Of a stretch of 32,000 bases of DNA, positions 1 to 11,100 are shown one piece after another; position 1 is the first letter of the stretch; the number at the start of each line of letters is the position of its first letter. The notes below the pieces were generated by a model. The model worked only from the letters and a program-made list of their open reading frames with translations. It did not search any database and was not told the origin of the DNA. Source of the DNA: Delftia acidovorans NBRC 14950 (GTDB lineage Bacteria > Pseudomonadota > Gammaproteobacteria > Burkholderiales > Burkholderiaceae_C); assembly GCF_001598795.1 (NCBI RefSeq), contig NZ_BCZP01000011.1, forward strand, positions 30,001-62,000, read 5' to 3'. Position numbers and translations under genes: made by a program.

Positions 1-319
1 GCGGCAGGTAGCCCCCCAGCAACGCGCCCAGCAGCTTCTTGCCGGTCTCGTCCGACAGCGAATGGCCGTACAGGCGGCCCACCTTGCGCAGCAGGCTCAG
101 CTGCACGCCGGTGAGGGCGATCAGGTCCAGGCCCGGAACCGGCAGGATGCCGATGCCCATGGCCGTGATCACGTGGTTCTTGATGGTGTGCAGGGCCTCG
201 TTTTGCCGCTCCTGCGGGGTCAGGGGCGCATCGGCTGTTTCAGCAGAGGCCACGGCAGCATCGGCAATGGCCGTGTCGGTGGCAGGGCTCACGGTACTTT
301 CGGCTTTTTCCACGCTCAT
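1..319 (-). CDS. DUF697 domain-containing protein (N-terminal part; ORF runs out of the window at position 1)
   Basis: ATG at 319-317, preceded by GGAG (330-327) with a 7-nt spacer. Hand translation: MSVEKAESTVSPATDTAIADAAVASAETADAPLTPQERQNEALHTIKNHVITAMGIGILPVPGLDLIALTGVQLSLLRKVGRLYGHSLSDETGKKLLGALLGGYLP... The block 'GIGILPVPGLDLIALTGVQLSLLRKVGRLYG' matches my memory of the DUF697 (YcjF-like) signature. It is absent from the ORF track because it is open-ended at the window edge. Confidence 0.6.
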   Translation of the reverse strand, partial: MSVEKAESTVSPATDTAIADAAVASAETADAPLTPQERQNEALHTIKNHVITAMGIGILPVPGLDLIALTGVQLSLLRKVGRLYGHSLSDETGKKLLGALLGGYLP

Positions 320-405
320 GGGAAATCTCCAGTTGGGGAACAAGTGGCCCGGCGCACGGCGCCGGGAAGGCGGCACAGGAAGCGGAGTTCGCCCAGTGCC
401 ACGGC

Positions 406-421
406 GGAACACAAATGTTCC
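406..421. promoter_or_regulatory. Inverted repeat GGAACA-N4-TGTTCC in the leader of the DUF697 gene (possible operator)
   Basis: Plus strand reads ggaacacaaatgttcc: perfect 6-nt arms with a 4-nt spacer. It lies between the putative -10 (442-447) and the start codon (319). Confidence 0.25.
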
Positions 422-441
422 AAAGTGTCACCGACACCGGA

Positions 442-470
442 ATCATTCGTGAAACACAGGTAACAGTCAA
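442..470 (-). promoter_or_regulatory. Putative sigma70 promoter for the DUF697 gene
   Basis: Minus strand reads TTGACT (470-465), a 17-nt spacer, then AATGAT (447-442). Position is about 120 nt upstream of the ATG at 319. Confidence 0.3.
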
Positions 471-471
471 C

Positions 472-503
472 CCTGCGCGCCGCGCCCTGGCCGCGGGCGC
501 AGG
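472..503 (-). terminator. GC-rich hairpin just downstream of the last NRPS-operon gene (possible operon terminator, no clean U-tract)
   Basis: Arms cctgcgcgccgcg (472-484) and cgcgggcgcagg (492-503) pair with one bulge; the loop is ccctggc. On the minus strand the hairpin is followed by GTTGACTGTT, which is only weakly T-rich. Confidence 0.3.
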
Positions 504-542
504 AGGGGGTCAGGGGACTGCGAACGGGGTGCATTCGGGGCC

Positions 543-2147
543 TCAGCCTTCGGCTTTTCCGTAGAGGCGCTCGGCCGGGATGCCCAGATCCTCGCAGGCG
601 GCCAGCAGGGAGCGCACGGAGCGCATGGCGGCCGACTCCGGGTCGAACTCGATGCTGGTGATAAACGACAGCCACGGCTCCAGCCCCAGTGCATAGACGA
701 AGACCTGCTCGCACTGCAGCATGCGCAGCAGGCCCATGGCGCGGCGGTAGTCCGAGCCGTCGAGCCGGCGCGACTGGTCGCGTGCGCGGTCCAGCGGTGT
801 CGGCAGCAGCGGACCGTACAGCCAGCTCAGGGGCGCGCCCTCGCACTCCATGCCGATGAACAGGGCCTGCAGCGAACCCACCACGGGGCGCAGGTGCTCG
901 TACAGGCGAGGCTCCAGATTGTTGGAGTCCGCCGCGAACAGCAGGCGGCTGCCGGCGGCATCCACCAGCCAGGCGGCCTTGGTGCGAATGTCCAGATCGG
1001 CATGCTCGCCCAGGAAAGGCAGGGCGGTGACCGTCAGGTCGCCCTCGCTGAAGACCTCCAGCGGGCCGATTTCCTGCACATCGGCAAAGCCCGCCGCCTG
1101 CAGTGCGAGCTTGAGCGAGGGGTCGGCAAGACTGCCTCCCCCGCCGGCTGGCACCAGAACCCGACCGATGCGCGAGCGCAGGGCCAGCAAGGTCTCCAGC
1201 TGCACATGGTCCTGGTGGTTGTGCGTCAGCGCCACGCAGTCGATGCGCTGCGGCAGGTCGGCCAGCGTGAAGCGCGGTGTCTGGCCCGCGCTGCCACCGG
1301 CAGGCACCAGGGGATCGATCAGCACGCTGCGCCCACCTGGCGTCTCGACCAGCACGCAGGCATGGCCGAAATACCGCCAGCGCGCGCTGCCCACCGGCGC
1401 CGTGTCCGCCAGGTCCCCACCGCGCCGGGCCGGTGGCGTGCCGGTCAGCAAAGCGTGGAAGCGGTCGGCCCGCGCGCCCTCCAGCCCGAGCGACTCGGCG
1501 ATGGCATCGAAGGGGCGCGGTGCGTGCCGCAGCGCTGCCAGCATGTCGTTGGCGGGGCTGGCATACGGAATCTGCAGGGCGACCGCCCCGTCACGTTCGA
1601 GCTGCGGCGTGCCCAGGGCAAAGGGCCGCACATCGCCGCCGCGCATCACCAGCGTGCTCTGAGCCGAGGTGTCATACAGCGGGCTGCGGTAGAGCAGCGC
1701 CTCGATCAGGCGCAGGTCCGGTGCGCCGGTCAGCGAGTACACGAGCTCCGCATAGCCGCGCACCGAATCGGGAAGGCGCGGATACAGCTGCGCCATCGAA
1801 TGCCCATCGGCCTGGGTCTTGAGCAACTCCCAGCACTGCCCCAGGTCGGCAGCAAACGACAACAGCCCGGCATGGCGCTGGCGCGTCTCGTCCAGCAGGG
1901 CCTGGATGTCCCCGCGGCGCTCGGCCGGCCAGTCCATGAAGGGGCCGCCGCGCATGGCGGCATTGGCCACGGCCTGGGCATGCAGCTCGGGCGCCTCCAG
2001 ATAGGACTCCATGATGCGCACGTAGCGGTTGGCCAGGTACAGGGCCGCCGTGGCGGGCGAAATCAGAAAGGACCAGGCATACCAGCCCGCGAACCGTGGC
2101 ACGGCCACCACGTCCTCGCGCAGATAAAGCGGTGTTGCGTCAGCCAT
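543..2147 (-). CDS. CmlA-like nonheme diiron beta-hydroxylase candidate (N-terminal domain plus MBL-fold domain; would be annotated MBL fold metallo-hydrolase)
   Basis: ORF track 543..2159. I prefer the ATG at 2147 (MADATPLYL...) because GAGGAG lies 5 nt upstream and ATGGCTGA overlaps the upstream TGA stop (2142-2140). HxHxDH motif THNHQDH is at 1206-1226. Length is about 534 aa, with an N-terminal domain of about 260 aa ahead of the MBL fold. It is the last gene of an NRPS operon, the context described for CmlA-family beta-hydroxylases acting on carrier-bound amino acids. Confidence 0.55.
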   Translation of the reverse strand: MADATPLYLREDVVAVPRFAGWYAWSFLISPATAALYLANRYVRIMESYLEAPELHAQAVANAAMRGGPFMDWPAERRGDIQALLDETRQRHAGLLSFAADLGQCWELLKTQADGHSMAQLYPRLPDSVRGYAELVYSLTGAPDLRLIEALLYRSPLYDTSAQSTLVMRGGDVRPFALGTPQLERDGAVALQIPYASPANDMLAALRHAPRPFDAIAESLGLEGARADRFHALLTGTPPARRGGDLADTAPVGSARWRYFGHACVLVETPGGRSVLIDPLVPAGGSAGQTPRFTLADLPQRIDCVALTHNHQDHVQLETLLALRSRIGRVLVPAGGGGSLADPSLKLALQAAGFADVQEIGPLEVFSEGDLTVTALPFLGEHADLDIRTKAAWLVDAAGSRLLFAADSNNLEPRLYEHLRPVVGSLQALFIGMECEGAPLSWLYGPLLPTPLDRARDQSRRLDGSDYRRAMGLLRMLQCEQVFVYALGLEPWLSFITSIEFDPESAAMRSVRSLLAACEDLGIPAERLYGKAEG

Positions 2148-5100
2148 GTGTCTCCTCAAGCCAATAGGTCAGCGGCCGGTCCTGGTCCAGCGTCTCCAGC
2201 AGGTGCGCCATGGACTCCAGCAGGGCGTCGGCCACGGCGGGAGCGACCTTGAGCGCGTCGTGCACCGCCAGCAGGCGAAAATCGTCGCCGGGCATGACTT
2301 CCAGGTTGAACGGGTGGTGCCAGGCGTCACGGATGTCCACATCGTGAAAAGCCAGGGCGGCGCTGTCGCTGCCCAACTCGCCCAGCGGGTAGTTCTGAAT
2401 GCGCAGCGCCGTGCCGAACAGGTCATCGGCAGCGGCCAGCCCGGCGGCCGATGCGATAGCCCGCGGCGCCAGCCAGGCATGACCAGACGCCTGCATGCGC
2501 CGGCGCTGCAACTGCTGGCAGGCGGCGGCAAAGCCCTGCGCCCGGTCGAGCCTCACGCGCAACGGCGGTGTGGCCAACATGGCGCCCACCATGGCCTCGG
2601 CACCCTCGAGTTCGGCGGGACGCAGGGCCGAGGTGACGCCAAAGGCCAGGTCGTCGCGCCCCATGTGCCGCGCCAGCACCAGCGCCCACGCCAGCAGGGC
2701 CACGCTGGGCACCGACAGGCGGTGGCGGCGGGCAAAGGCAGCCACGCTGGCGCCCGTCCCGGCTGCCAGCACCCGGTGCACCTGGCGGGAACGTCCGCTG
2801 GCCACGGCTGCCTCGGCAGCAGGCCAACGCGAGGGCGCCAGGCCCGCCAGTTCATTCTTCCAGAAGGCCTGCGCGCTGCCCGCATCCTGCGCATCCAGCC
2901 AGTCGAGGAAGCGCCGCACGTCGGGCGCTGGAGTGTCGGGCGCCGCCGCGCCGGGCAAGCGGCCCGCATAAACGGCCTGCACATCGGCCATCAAAATCGG
3001 CATCGACCAGCCATCGACCAGCAGGTGATGGTAGGTCCAGCAAAAGCGCCAGCCGCCGTCCGGCATGCGGGCGAGCGCAAAGCGCATCAGCGGGGCGCGG
3101 GCAAGATCGAAGCCGCGCGCCTGCTCGATCTCGCGCAGCGCATCGTATGCGACCTGTGCATCGGCGGGTGTCCAGGCAGACCAGTCCTCGGTGCGCCAGG
3201 GCGCGGCGGTGAGGCTGTCGTCCACATGCTGGCGCCCCGACCCGTCTGCTGCGTCCACAGAGAAACAGCCGCGCAGCGCCGCATGGCGAGCCACGGCGGC
3301 GTTCCAGGCAGCCATGAAAGCGGGCACGTCCAGCGTCGCAGGCAGGCTGGCCCCCAGTTGCACCACATAGGCGGACGATCCCGGGCAGGCCAGGGCGTGG
3401 GCCAGCATGGCGTCCTGCTGCGGCCCCAGGCCATGCGAGGGCAAGGCTGGCGCGCGCAAGGACGGGCTGGCCTGTGCGCCGCCTGCCTGTACAGAACCGG
3501 CTTGCCGCGCACTGGCCGCCGCGTGCACCAGCCAGGCCTGCATGTCGGCGGCCAGCGCCGCAATCCAGCCTTCCTCCAGGTCCCGGGGATCGTAGGTGAG
3601 ATCCAGCGCCAGCCGCCCGTCCGCCACCATGGCATTGACTTCCAGCGGGAAGGCACGCGGCGTGCTCGCCGCGAAGCCCGGGCCATCGCGCTCCGGCGCA
3701 GGGCGCAGGCCCTCGCCTTCGGGCCAGGCCGTATCCCATTGCCCCAGGTAGTTGAAGGCGATGCCGGGCGGGGCCTGCGCGGCCAGGGCCTGGCGCACGG
3801 CCGGCTCGGGCGAAAGCTGGCTGAGCACGCCGTAGCCGAAGCCGCGCCGCGGCATGGCGCGCAGAGCCTCACGCACGACCGCAAGAGCAGACAGCGCGGA
3901 CGGGCCCGCAGCGCCGTCCGCAGGCGGGGCATCGGGCAACGATCGAGGCAGGGGCAGTGCCAGGGGTGCCAGCGCCGTGAACCACCCCACGGTGGAGCCC
4001 ACCTCCAGGCCTTCAAGCACCACATCGCGGCCATGCGACTCCAGCGCCACACCGATGCAGCGGCCCTGGACGCGACCGGCCAGGGCCGAGGCCAGCGCCG
4101 CCAGCAGCAGCTCCTGCATGGAGGCGCCATGGACCCGTGGCGCCTCGCGCAGCAAGGCGCCAGTCTCGTCCACGGACAACTGCACGCCGAGGGTGACGGC
4201 TCCGCCCACCGTGGAGGCCGCCCCGGCGCCACGCGCCAGCGGCAGGCAGGCGTCGCCTGACTGGGCCAGCCAGTACGGCAGCTCGGCACGCGCCGACTGC
4301 GATGCGGCATGGCGCGACACGGCTGCCGCCCAATGGCTGAAGGACGCGCCAGGCGGCCTGGCAATGCGGCCAAGGCGGCAGGCCTCGGCCAGATCGTCCA
4401 GCAGCACGCGCCAGGACACGGCGTCGATGGCCAGGTGGTGCACGACCAGATGCAGGCGCGCCTGTGCCTGTGCATGAGTTGGCGCCTCCTCCTGGCCCGG
4501 GGGAAGGTACAGAGCCGCGTGCATCAGCGGGCCCGCCTGCAGGTCCAGCCGCTCCTGGTTGGCCACGGCGGCGGCCTGCAGCCGCTCGCGCCATGCGGCC
4601 GGCGTTTCGCCAGGCGGCGATGCCACCACCTGCAGCAGCGGGACCGCAGGCGGCACAAGGCCATCGGCCAGCGTCTGCACCCAGCCGCCGTCCTCGCGGC
4701 GATAGCGCAGGCGCAGCGCATCATGGCGCTGCAGCAGCAGCGCCAGCGCGGCCTGCAGCCGTTCGGGCGCGAGGTCGGCAGGCACGGTCAACAGAAAACT
4801 CTGGTTGTAGTGCTGGCGCTGCGGAGCGTCCAGCGCCAGGAACCAGCGCTGGATGGGCGTGAGCGGCACGCGGCCATCGCCTGCAACGTCCTCGGTGGCG
4901 CGGGGCTGCACCACCGGCCCTCCGTCCTGATCCAGCAGCGCCACGAGAGCAGCCACCGTCTGCGAGGCCGGGTCCATCAGCTGCGCCAGCGTGATGGCCA
5001 GCCCCTGCCGGTTGGCCCGCGCAACCACCTGGATGGCAAGAATGGAGTCCCCGCCCAGCTCGAAAAAGCTCTGGTGCGGCCCCACCTCGGCAACGCCCAG

Positions 5101-8100
5101 CACCTGGGACCAGACCGCCGCCAGCCGCGCGCAGGCGTCGCCTGCAGCGGCGTCGGCGGCAGGCGCTGGCGAAGACGGCCGCGCCGGCTGCGCCGCCAGT
5201 TGCCGGCCCAGTGCCTGGCGGTCGATCTTGCCGCTGTGGGTGAGCGGGAGCTGGTTCAGCTCCACGAAATAGGCGGGAACCATGTGCGCAGGCAGGCGGG
5301 CCGCCAGGTACGCGCGCAACGCCTCGGCGCCGACGGGGTTCGCGGCGCCCACGCAGGCCGTCAGCCGGTGGTCGGCCTCGCCGTGCGCAATGACCAGCAC
5401 CGCTGCGGCCTCCACGCCCGGGTGGGTGGCCAGCGCAGCCTCGATTTCGCCCAGCTCGATGCGCAGGCCGCGCAGCTTGATCTGGTGGTCGTTGCGGCCT
5501 GCAAAGTGCACGCGCCCATCGGCCAGGCGCCAGCCCCGGTCGCCCGTGCGGTACAGCCGCTCGCCGGGGTCGCCGAACGGATCCTGCACAAAGCTGGCCG
5601 CCGTCAGCCCGGGACGCCCCAGGTAGCCCCGCGCCAGCCCTGCACCGCCGATGTACAGCTCCCCCGGCGCCCCCGGGGGCAGCAGGCGCATGTCCTCGTC
5701 CAGCACATGCAGCTGCATGTTCGGCAGCGGCCGTCCAATGGGCAGCTGGTCGGCGCGTTGCACGCCCTCCTGCACGCTGACAGCCACCGAAGCCTCGGTC
5801 GGTCCATAGGCATTGAAAAAGCGCCGGCCCACCGACCACCGCAGCGCCAACTCCGGTGCACAGGCCTCGCCGGCCACCACCAGCAGGCGCAGCGCATCAA
5901 GCGAGGCCGCCTCCAGGGTGGAAAGCACCGTGGGCGGCAGTGTTGCGGCGGTGATGCCATGGCGCCGCACAAAGGCCTGCAGCTGTGGCCCGGCCCTTGC
6001 CATGTCCGGGGCAGGCACCAGCAGCGCCGCCCCATGGCGCCAGGCCATGGTCATCTCCCAGACGGAGGCGTCAAAGGACAGCGAGGCGAACTGCAGCACG
6101 CGATCGCTTCCATCCAGCGCGAACACGCGCTGCTGGGCATGGGCCAGGGCGCGCATGCCCGCCCGCGTATTGACCACGCCCTTGGGCGTGCCCGTGGAGC
6201 CGGACGTATAGATCACATAGGCCGAGGACGAGGCCTGCGGTTGGGCAAGCACAGTGGCCTCGGCAGCCTCGTCTGGCGACATGGTGCCGAATAACTGCTC
6301 CGGCGTGAGGCAGCGCAAACCCAGTTCCTCCGCCACGGGCAGCGCGGCATCGGCCAGCACCAGCACTGCGCCGCTGTCCTCCAGCATGAAGCGCTGGCGC
6401 TGCGCCGGCAGCGCAGGGTCGATGGGCACAAAGGCTGCGCCCGCGCGCAGGATTGCGGCAATTGCCGCCAGGCATACGGGAGAGCGGCCCAGGCACAGGG
6501 CCACACGGGTTTCTTGCCCTGCACCCAGGGCATACAGCGAGCAGGCCGCCTGGCTCGACAGCCTCGCCAGTTGCGCATAGTCCATGCGACCGTGCGGCCC
6601 TTCCAGGGCCGTGGCGCCGGGCGTGTGCTGCGCCCAGTGGTCGATCCAGTCCACCAGAAAGCGCTCGTCCATGGTCTCGGCAGGGCCGGTGCCGGCCTCC
6701 AGGGCATCGCGCGCCTGCTCGGGCGCGAGCTGCAGCAGCGAGCCCAGTGCCTGACCGGGCTGCGCCGCCATGGCGGCAAGCAGCGCATCGAGGTGCGACA
6801 GCAGGCGGCGCGCTGCCGCAGCCGGCACCTGCTCGCGGTCGCGGTGCAGTGCCAGGCGCCATCCATCCGTGCCTTGCATGCAGGCCAGGGTGAGCAGGAA
6901 GTTGGTGCGCTCATGGCTGGCGACTGCGGCCAGGCACAGACCACCGGCCTGCAGCGCATCGGGCGCAGGATAGTTCTGCACCAGAACCAGGGACTGGAAC
7001 AGATCGCAGCCTGGCTCCAGTTCCGAGGCCTGGCGGATTTCCGCCAGCGATGCGGCCGCATGCTGCTCGCGCTCCAGGTGGTCCCGCTGCAGCGCGGACA
7101 GCCACGAGAGCAGCGGCATGCCGGCAGCCACACGCACACGCGCCGGCACCGTGGCGATCAGCATGCCGACCATTTGCTCCACGTCAGCGATGTCGGGAGA
7201 GCGCCCCGACACGGTCACACCGAACACCAGGTCGCGGCTGCCGCTGTGGCACGACAGCAGCAGTGCCCAGGCGGCCTGCAGCACGATGCCGGGCGTGGCA
7301 CGCGCGGCGCGGGCCAGCGCGGCCAGGGCGCTGCTGGTGGCGGGCGGCAGCAGGCATTCGATCGGGTCCGGAGCCTCAGGCTCGACAGGCTCCCCGGCCT
7401 GGCGCAGAAAGGCCAGTGAGGTGGGCTCGTGCAGGCCCTGCAACGCCTGGCGCCAAAAGGCCTGGTCGGCCTGCACGTCGCGCCGCTGGTGCCAGCGCAC
7501 GCAGTCGGCGAAATCGGGCGCGCGCGGCAGCGCTGGCGTGCCATCGCCCAGGGCCTGGCCGTACAGGCGGAAGACCTCGTCCATCACCACAGAGACCGAC
7601 CACCCGTCCAGCAGCAGGTGGTGGGCGCTCCACAACAGCTCATGGCGGTCTTCTGCCGTGTGCAGCAGATGCAGGCGCATCAGGGGCGCGTGGCGCAGGT
7701 CGAAGCCCCGGGCCCGGTCCTGCGCCAGCAGTGCCGACAGGGCGGCATGCTGCGCGGCCGTATCCATGGTGCGCCAGTCGTCGTGCTGCCAGGGCAGCTC
7801 CACGTGGGCATGCACATGCTGCATGGCCTCGCCATCGTCCCAGTGGAAGCTGGTACGCAGCACGCCGTGGCGTGCCACCACAGCTTCCCAGGCACGGCGC
7901 AGCGCTGCCGGGTCCAGCGGACCCTGCAGGGTCAGTGTCAATTGATCGAAGTAGACCTGGTCATCGGGTGCACGCAGACTGTGGTAGAGCAGGCCGTGCT
8001 GCAGGGGCGTGAGCGCCAGCACGGCCACCGGAGCACGGCTGCGGGGAACGGCCTGCGGCACCTGCCCGGCCGGGGCAGCACATGCTCCACGGCCCTCACG

Positions 8101-11100
8101 CGCGGCGCTGGCGATCTCGGCCAGCACGGTCTTCACCTCATCCAGCCATTGGGCGATGCGCTCGCGGTTCGGCCCCCCTGCCGGAAAGCTCAGTTCCCCG
8201 CGCAGCCGGCCATTCCAGAGCCCCGCATTGAGCTCGATCACATGGCTGCGCGCCAGTCCGGGGGCCTGCGCAGGTCCCGCCGCCTCATCCACCGGAGCGA
8301 TGGTCTCGTCCCCGGCAGGGGCGCCGTCCATGCGGCCCAGGTAGTTCAGCAGCAGTTCCGGTTCAGGCAGCGCGGCCAGGCCGGCGCGCACGGCGCCGTC
8401 GGGCGAGCGGTAGCGCAGCAGCCCCAGCGCCAGTCCCTGCCATGCGGCGCCGCGCACCTGAGCGGCAACCTGCGCCACCACCGCCGCGGCATCGGCGGCG
8501 CCGTGAGCTGGCTCGATGCCCACGCGCTGCAGCGCCGTGAACCAACCGACGGTGCGAGACAGGTCCAGCTCCTCGAAGAGGTCGGCGCGTCCGTTGCGCT
8601 CCAGATCCAGCCGCCAGGGACCATCCACCCCCAGCCGCACGCCTGCCACAACCAGGGCGGCGAGCAAAGCCTCGTCCACGCGGGCGGCAAAGGCACGCGG
8701 CACCTCGTGGACCAGGGCCTGCGTCGTCTCCTCGTCCAGTTCGAAGGCCAGGGTCTGGGCCTGGCCCACGCAACCGGCTGGCGTCTGGGGAGGCAACACG
8801 GTCGCGCCCACCTGGCTGAACGCCTGTTGCAACGCCTGCGCCTGCGCAGCCGCCTCGGGCCCGGCGGCCAGCTCGCCCAACCGGTGCGACCAGCGCGCAT
8901 AGGAGCTGGTGGGCGCGGGCAGTCGCACGGGCTCGCCGCGCGACACTTGTGCGCAGGCCAGGGCCAGGTCTTCCAGCAGTACCGACCAGGAATAGGCATC
9001 CACCGCCAGGTGGTGAATGGCCAGCATCAGCCGGCCCGTGCCGGGCAGCAGCACGCCACGCACCATGCGGCCGGACGCCGGGTCCATGGCGCGCTGGGCC
9101 GCGGCAAAGGCTTCGGCCTGGCGCTGCTGTGCCTCTGCCGGTGCAAGGCCCTCCAGGCAGACCACGTCCAGCACAGGCCCGGGCGCCATGGGGGCAATAT
9201 CCAGCACGCCTTGTGCGTCCACCCGCAGGCGCAGCATCTCGTGGCATGCCACCACGCCCGCGAGCGCCCGCTCCAGCGCTTCGGCCGGCAACTGCGGGGG
9301 CACGCGCAGCACGGCCGCCTGGTTGTAGTGAGCGGCCCCTGCCCCTGCATGCTCCAGGAACCAGGCCTGGATGGGGGTCGGTGACAACGGTGCCCCGGCC
9401 TCCGCCACCGGTACCGTCGGCGCGGCCCGCGACCGCAGGGCGATCTCCCCGGCCAGGGCACGCACGGTCTGGGTGCGGAAGATGTCGCGCACCACCAGGT
9501 CCAGGCCCTGGCGGCGCGCACGCGAGACGATCTGCAGGCAGCGGATGGAGTCCACACCCAAGTCGAAGACGTTGTCGGTGACGCCCACCTGCGCAAGGTT
9601 CATCACCTCGGCAAAGAGCCTGGCCAGGGTGGCTTCCAGCGGGCTGCAAGGCTGGGCCGTGCCGTCCGCCACAGGCAGCTGCGGCGGCGACTGGAGGGCC
9701 AGCCCCGCCAGCGCGCGCCGGTCGATCTTGCCCGATGCCGTATGGGGCAGGCTCTCCAGCACGCGGCACACGGCAGGCACCATGTAGGGCGCAAGCCGCT
9801 CGGACAGCCAGCTGCGCAGCGCCGCCGCATCGGCCTGTCCCGCAACCACCGCGAGCAACACCGGCTGGCCTGCGCCATCGTGCGCCAGCACCACGGCAGC
9901 CTCGCGCACGCAGGGATGGGCCATGAGGGCGGCCTCCACTTCGGCGGGCTCGATGCGAAATCCCCGGATCTTCACCTGCGCATCGCGCCGGCCCAGGAAC
10001 TCCAGCGCACCGTCGGCACGCCGCCTCGCCAGGTCGCCGCTCCAATAGGCGCGCGCCCCGCCCAGTGCGGCGCAGGCGCGAAAAGCGGCCTGTGTGGCCT
10101 CGTCCTGTTGCAGATACCCCTGCGCCACACCACCGCCGCCGATGACGATTTCGCCGATGGCCCCGGCAGGCAAGGCCTGCCCGGCGCTGTCCACCACGGC
10201 CAGTTGCACGCCCTGCAGCGCATGGCCCAGAGGCAGGATCTCGGCCGCCAGAGGCAGCACGTCGTGCGCGGGGTCGAAGAACGCGGCCGAAATGGTGGCC
10301 TCCGTCGGGCCATAGCCGCTGAGCAGGGCCACAGGATGGCGGCACAGCGCCTGCCACTGGCGCAAGCTGCGCACGAAAACGCGGTCGCTGCCCGTGACCA
10401 CCAACCGCAGGGCGGGCGGAACAGCCGTGCCCGATGCATGCAGCATGCCCACCCACTCGTGCCAGAACGCGGACGGCAGATTGAGCACGGTCAGCCGCGC
10501 GCCTGCCACCTGGGCCTGGAAAGCCTCCAGGCTGTCAAGACTGTTCTGTGCCCGCAGCACCACGCAGGCACCGGAGGCCAGCGTGGGGAAGATCTCCTCG
10601 GCAGCCACATCGAAATCGGGTGCCGCGAACTGCAGCACGCGATCGGTCTCGCACAGGCCGAACTCACGCGCCACCGCCGCCGCATGGTGGGCCAGGTTGG
10701 CATGGCTCACGACCACGCCCTTCGGGGCGCCGGTCGATCCCGAGGTGAAGCAGACATAGGCCCGTTGCGCGGGGTCTGCGAGCCAGGGCTGCTGCGCGGC
10801 GCTGCCGGCAGGCTCTGCCACCAGGTCCGGCGCCAGGTCCGGCGCTACCAGCACCGTATGCGAAGGCCACTGCTCCGCCGCAGACGCGGTAATGACCAGG
10901 CGCACGCCGGCCGCCTCCATCATGGTCGCGCGCTGTGCCAGCGGCCTCGCCAGGCTGAGTACGGCATAGGCACAACCACAGCGCCAGGCCGCCAGCATGG
11001 CCACCGGCAAAGCCAGGCAGTTGCCCAGGCCCAGGCCGATCAGGTCGCCGGGCCTGGCACCCGCGCCGCGCAGTCGCCCGGCCAGTGCGTCGGCCTGGCA

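Noticed and set aside
385-402. Sigma54-like TGGCAC element on the minus strand upstream of the DUF697 gene (GTGGCACTGGGCGAACT).
   Set aside because: The -12 element (TTGC, 4-5 nt after the -24 GG box) is missing, so this is only a partial match.
543-2147. Assigning the MBL-fold protein outright as the missing thioesterase.
   Set aside because: Known MBL-type PKS thioesterases are about 300 aa single-domain proteins. This protein has an additional N-terminal domain of about 260 aa and a CmlA-like length. The idea is kept only as an alternative hypothesis under the hydroxylase finding.
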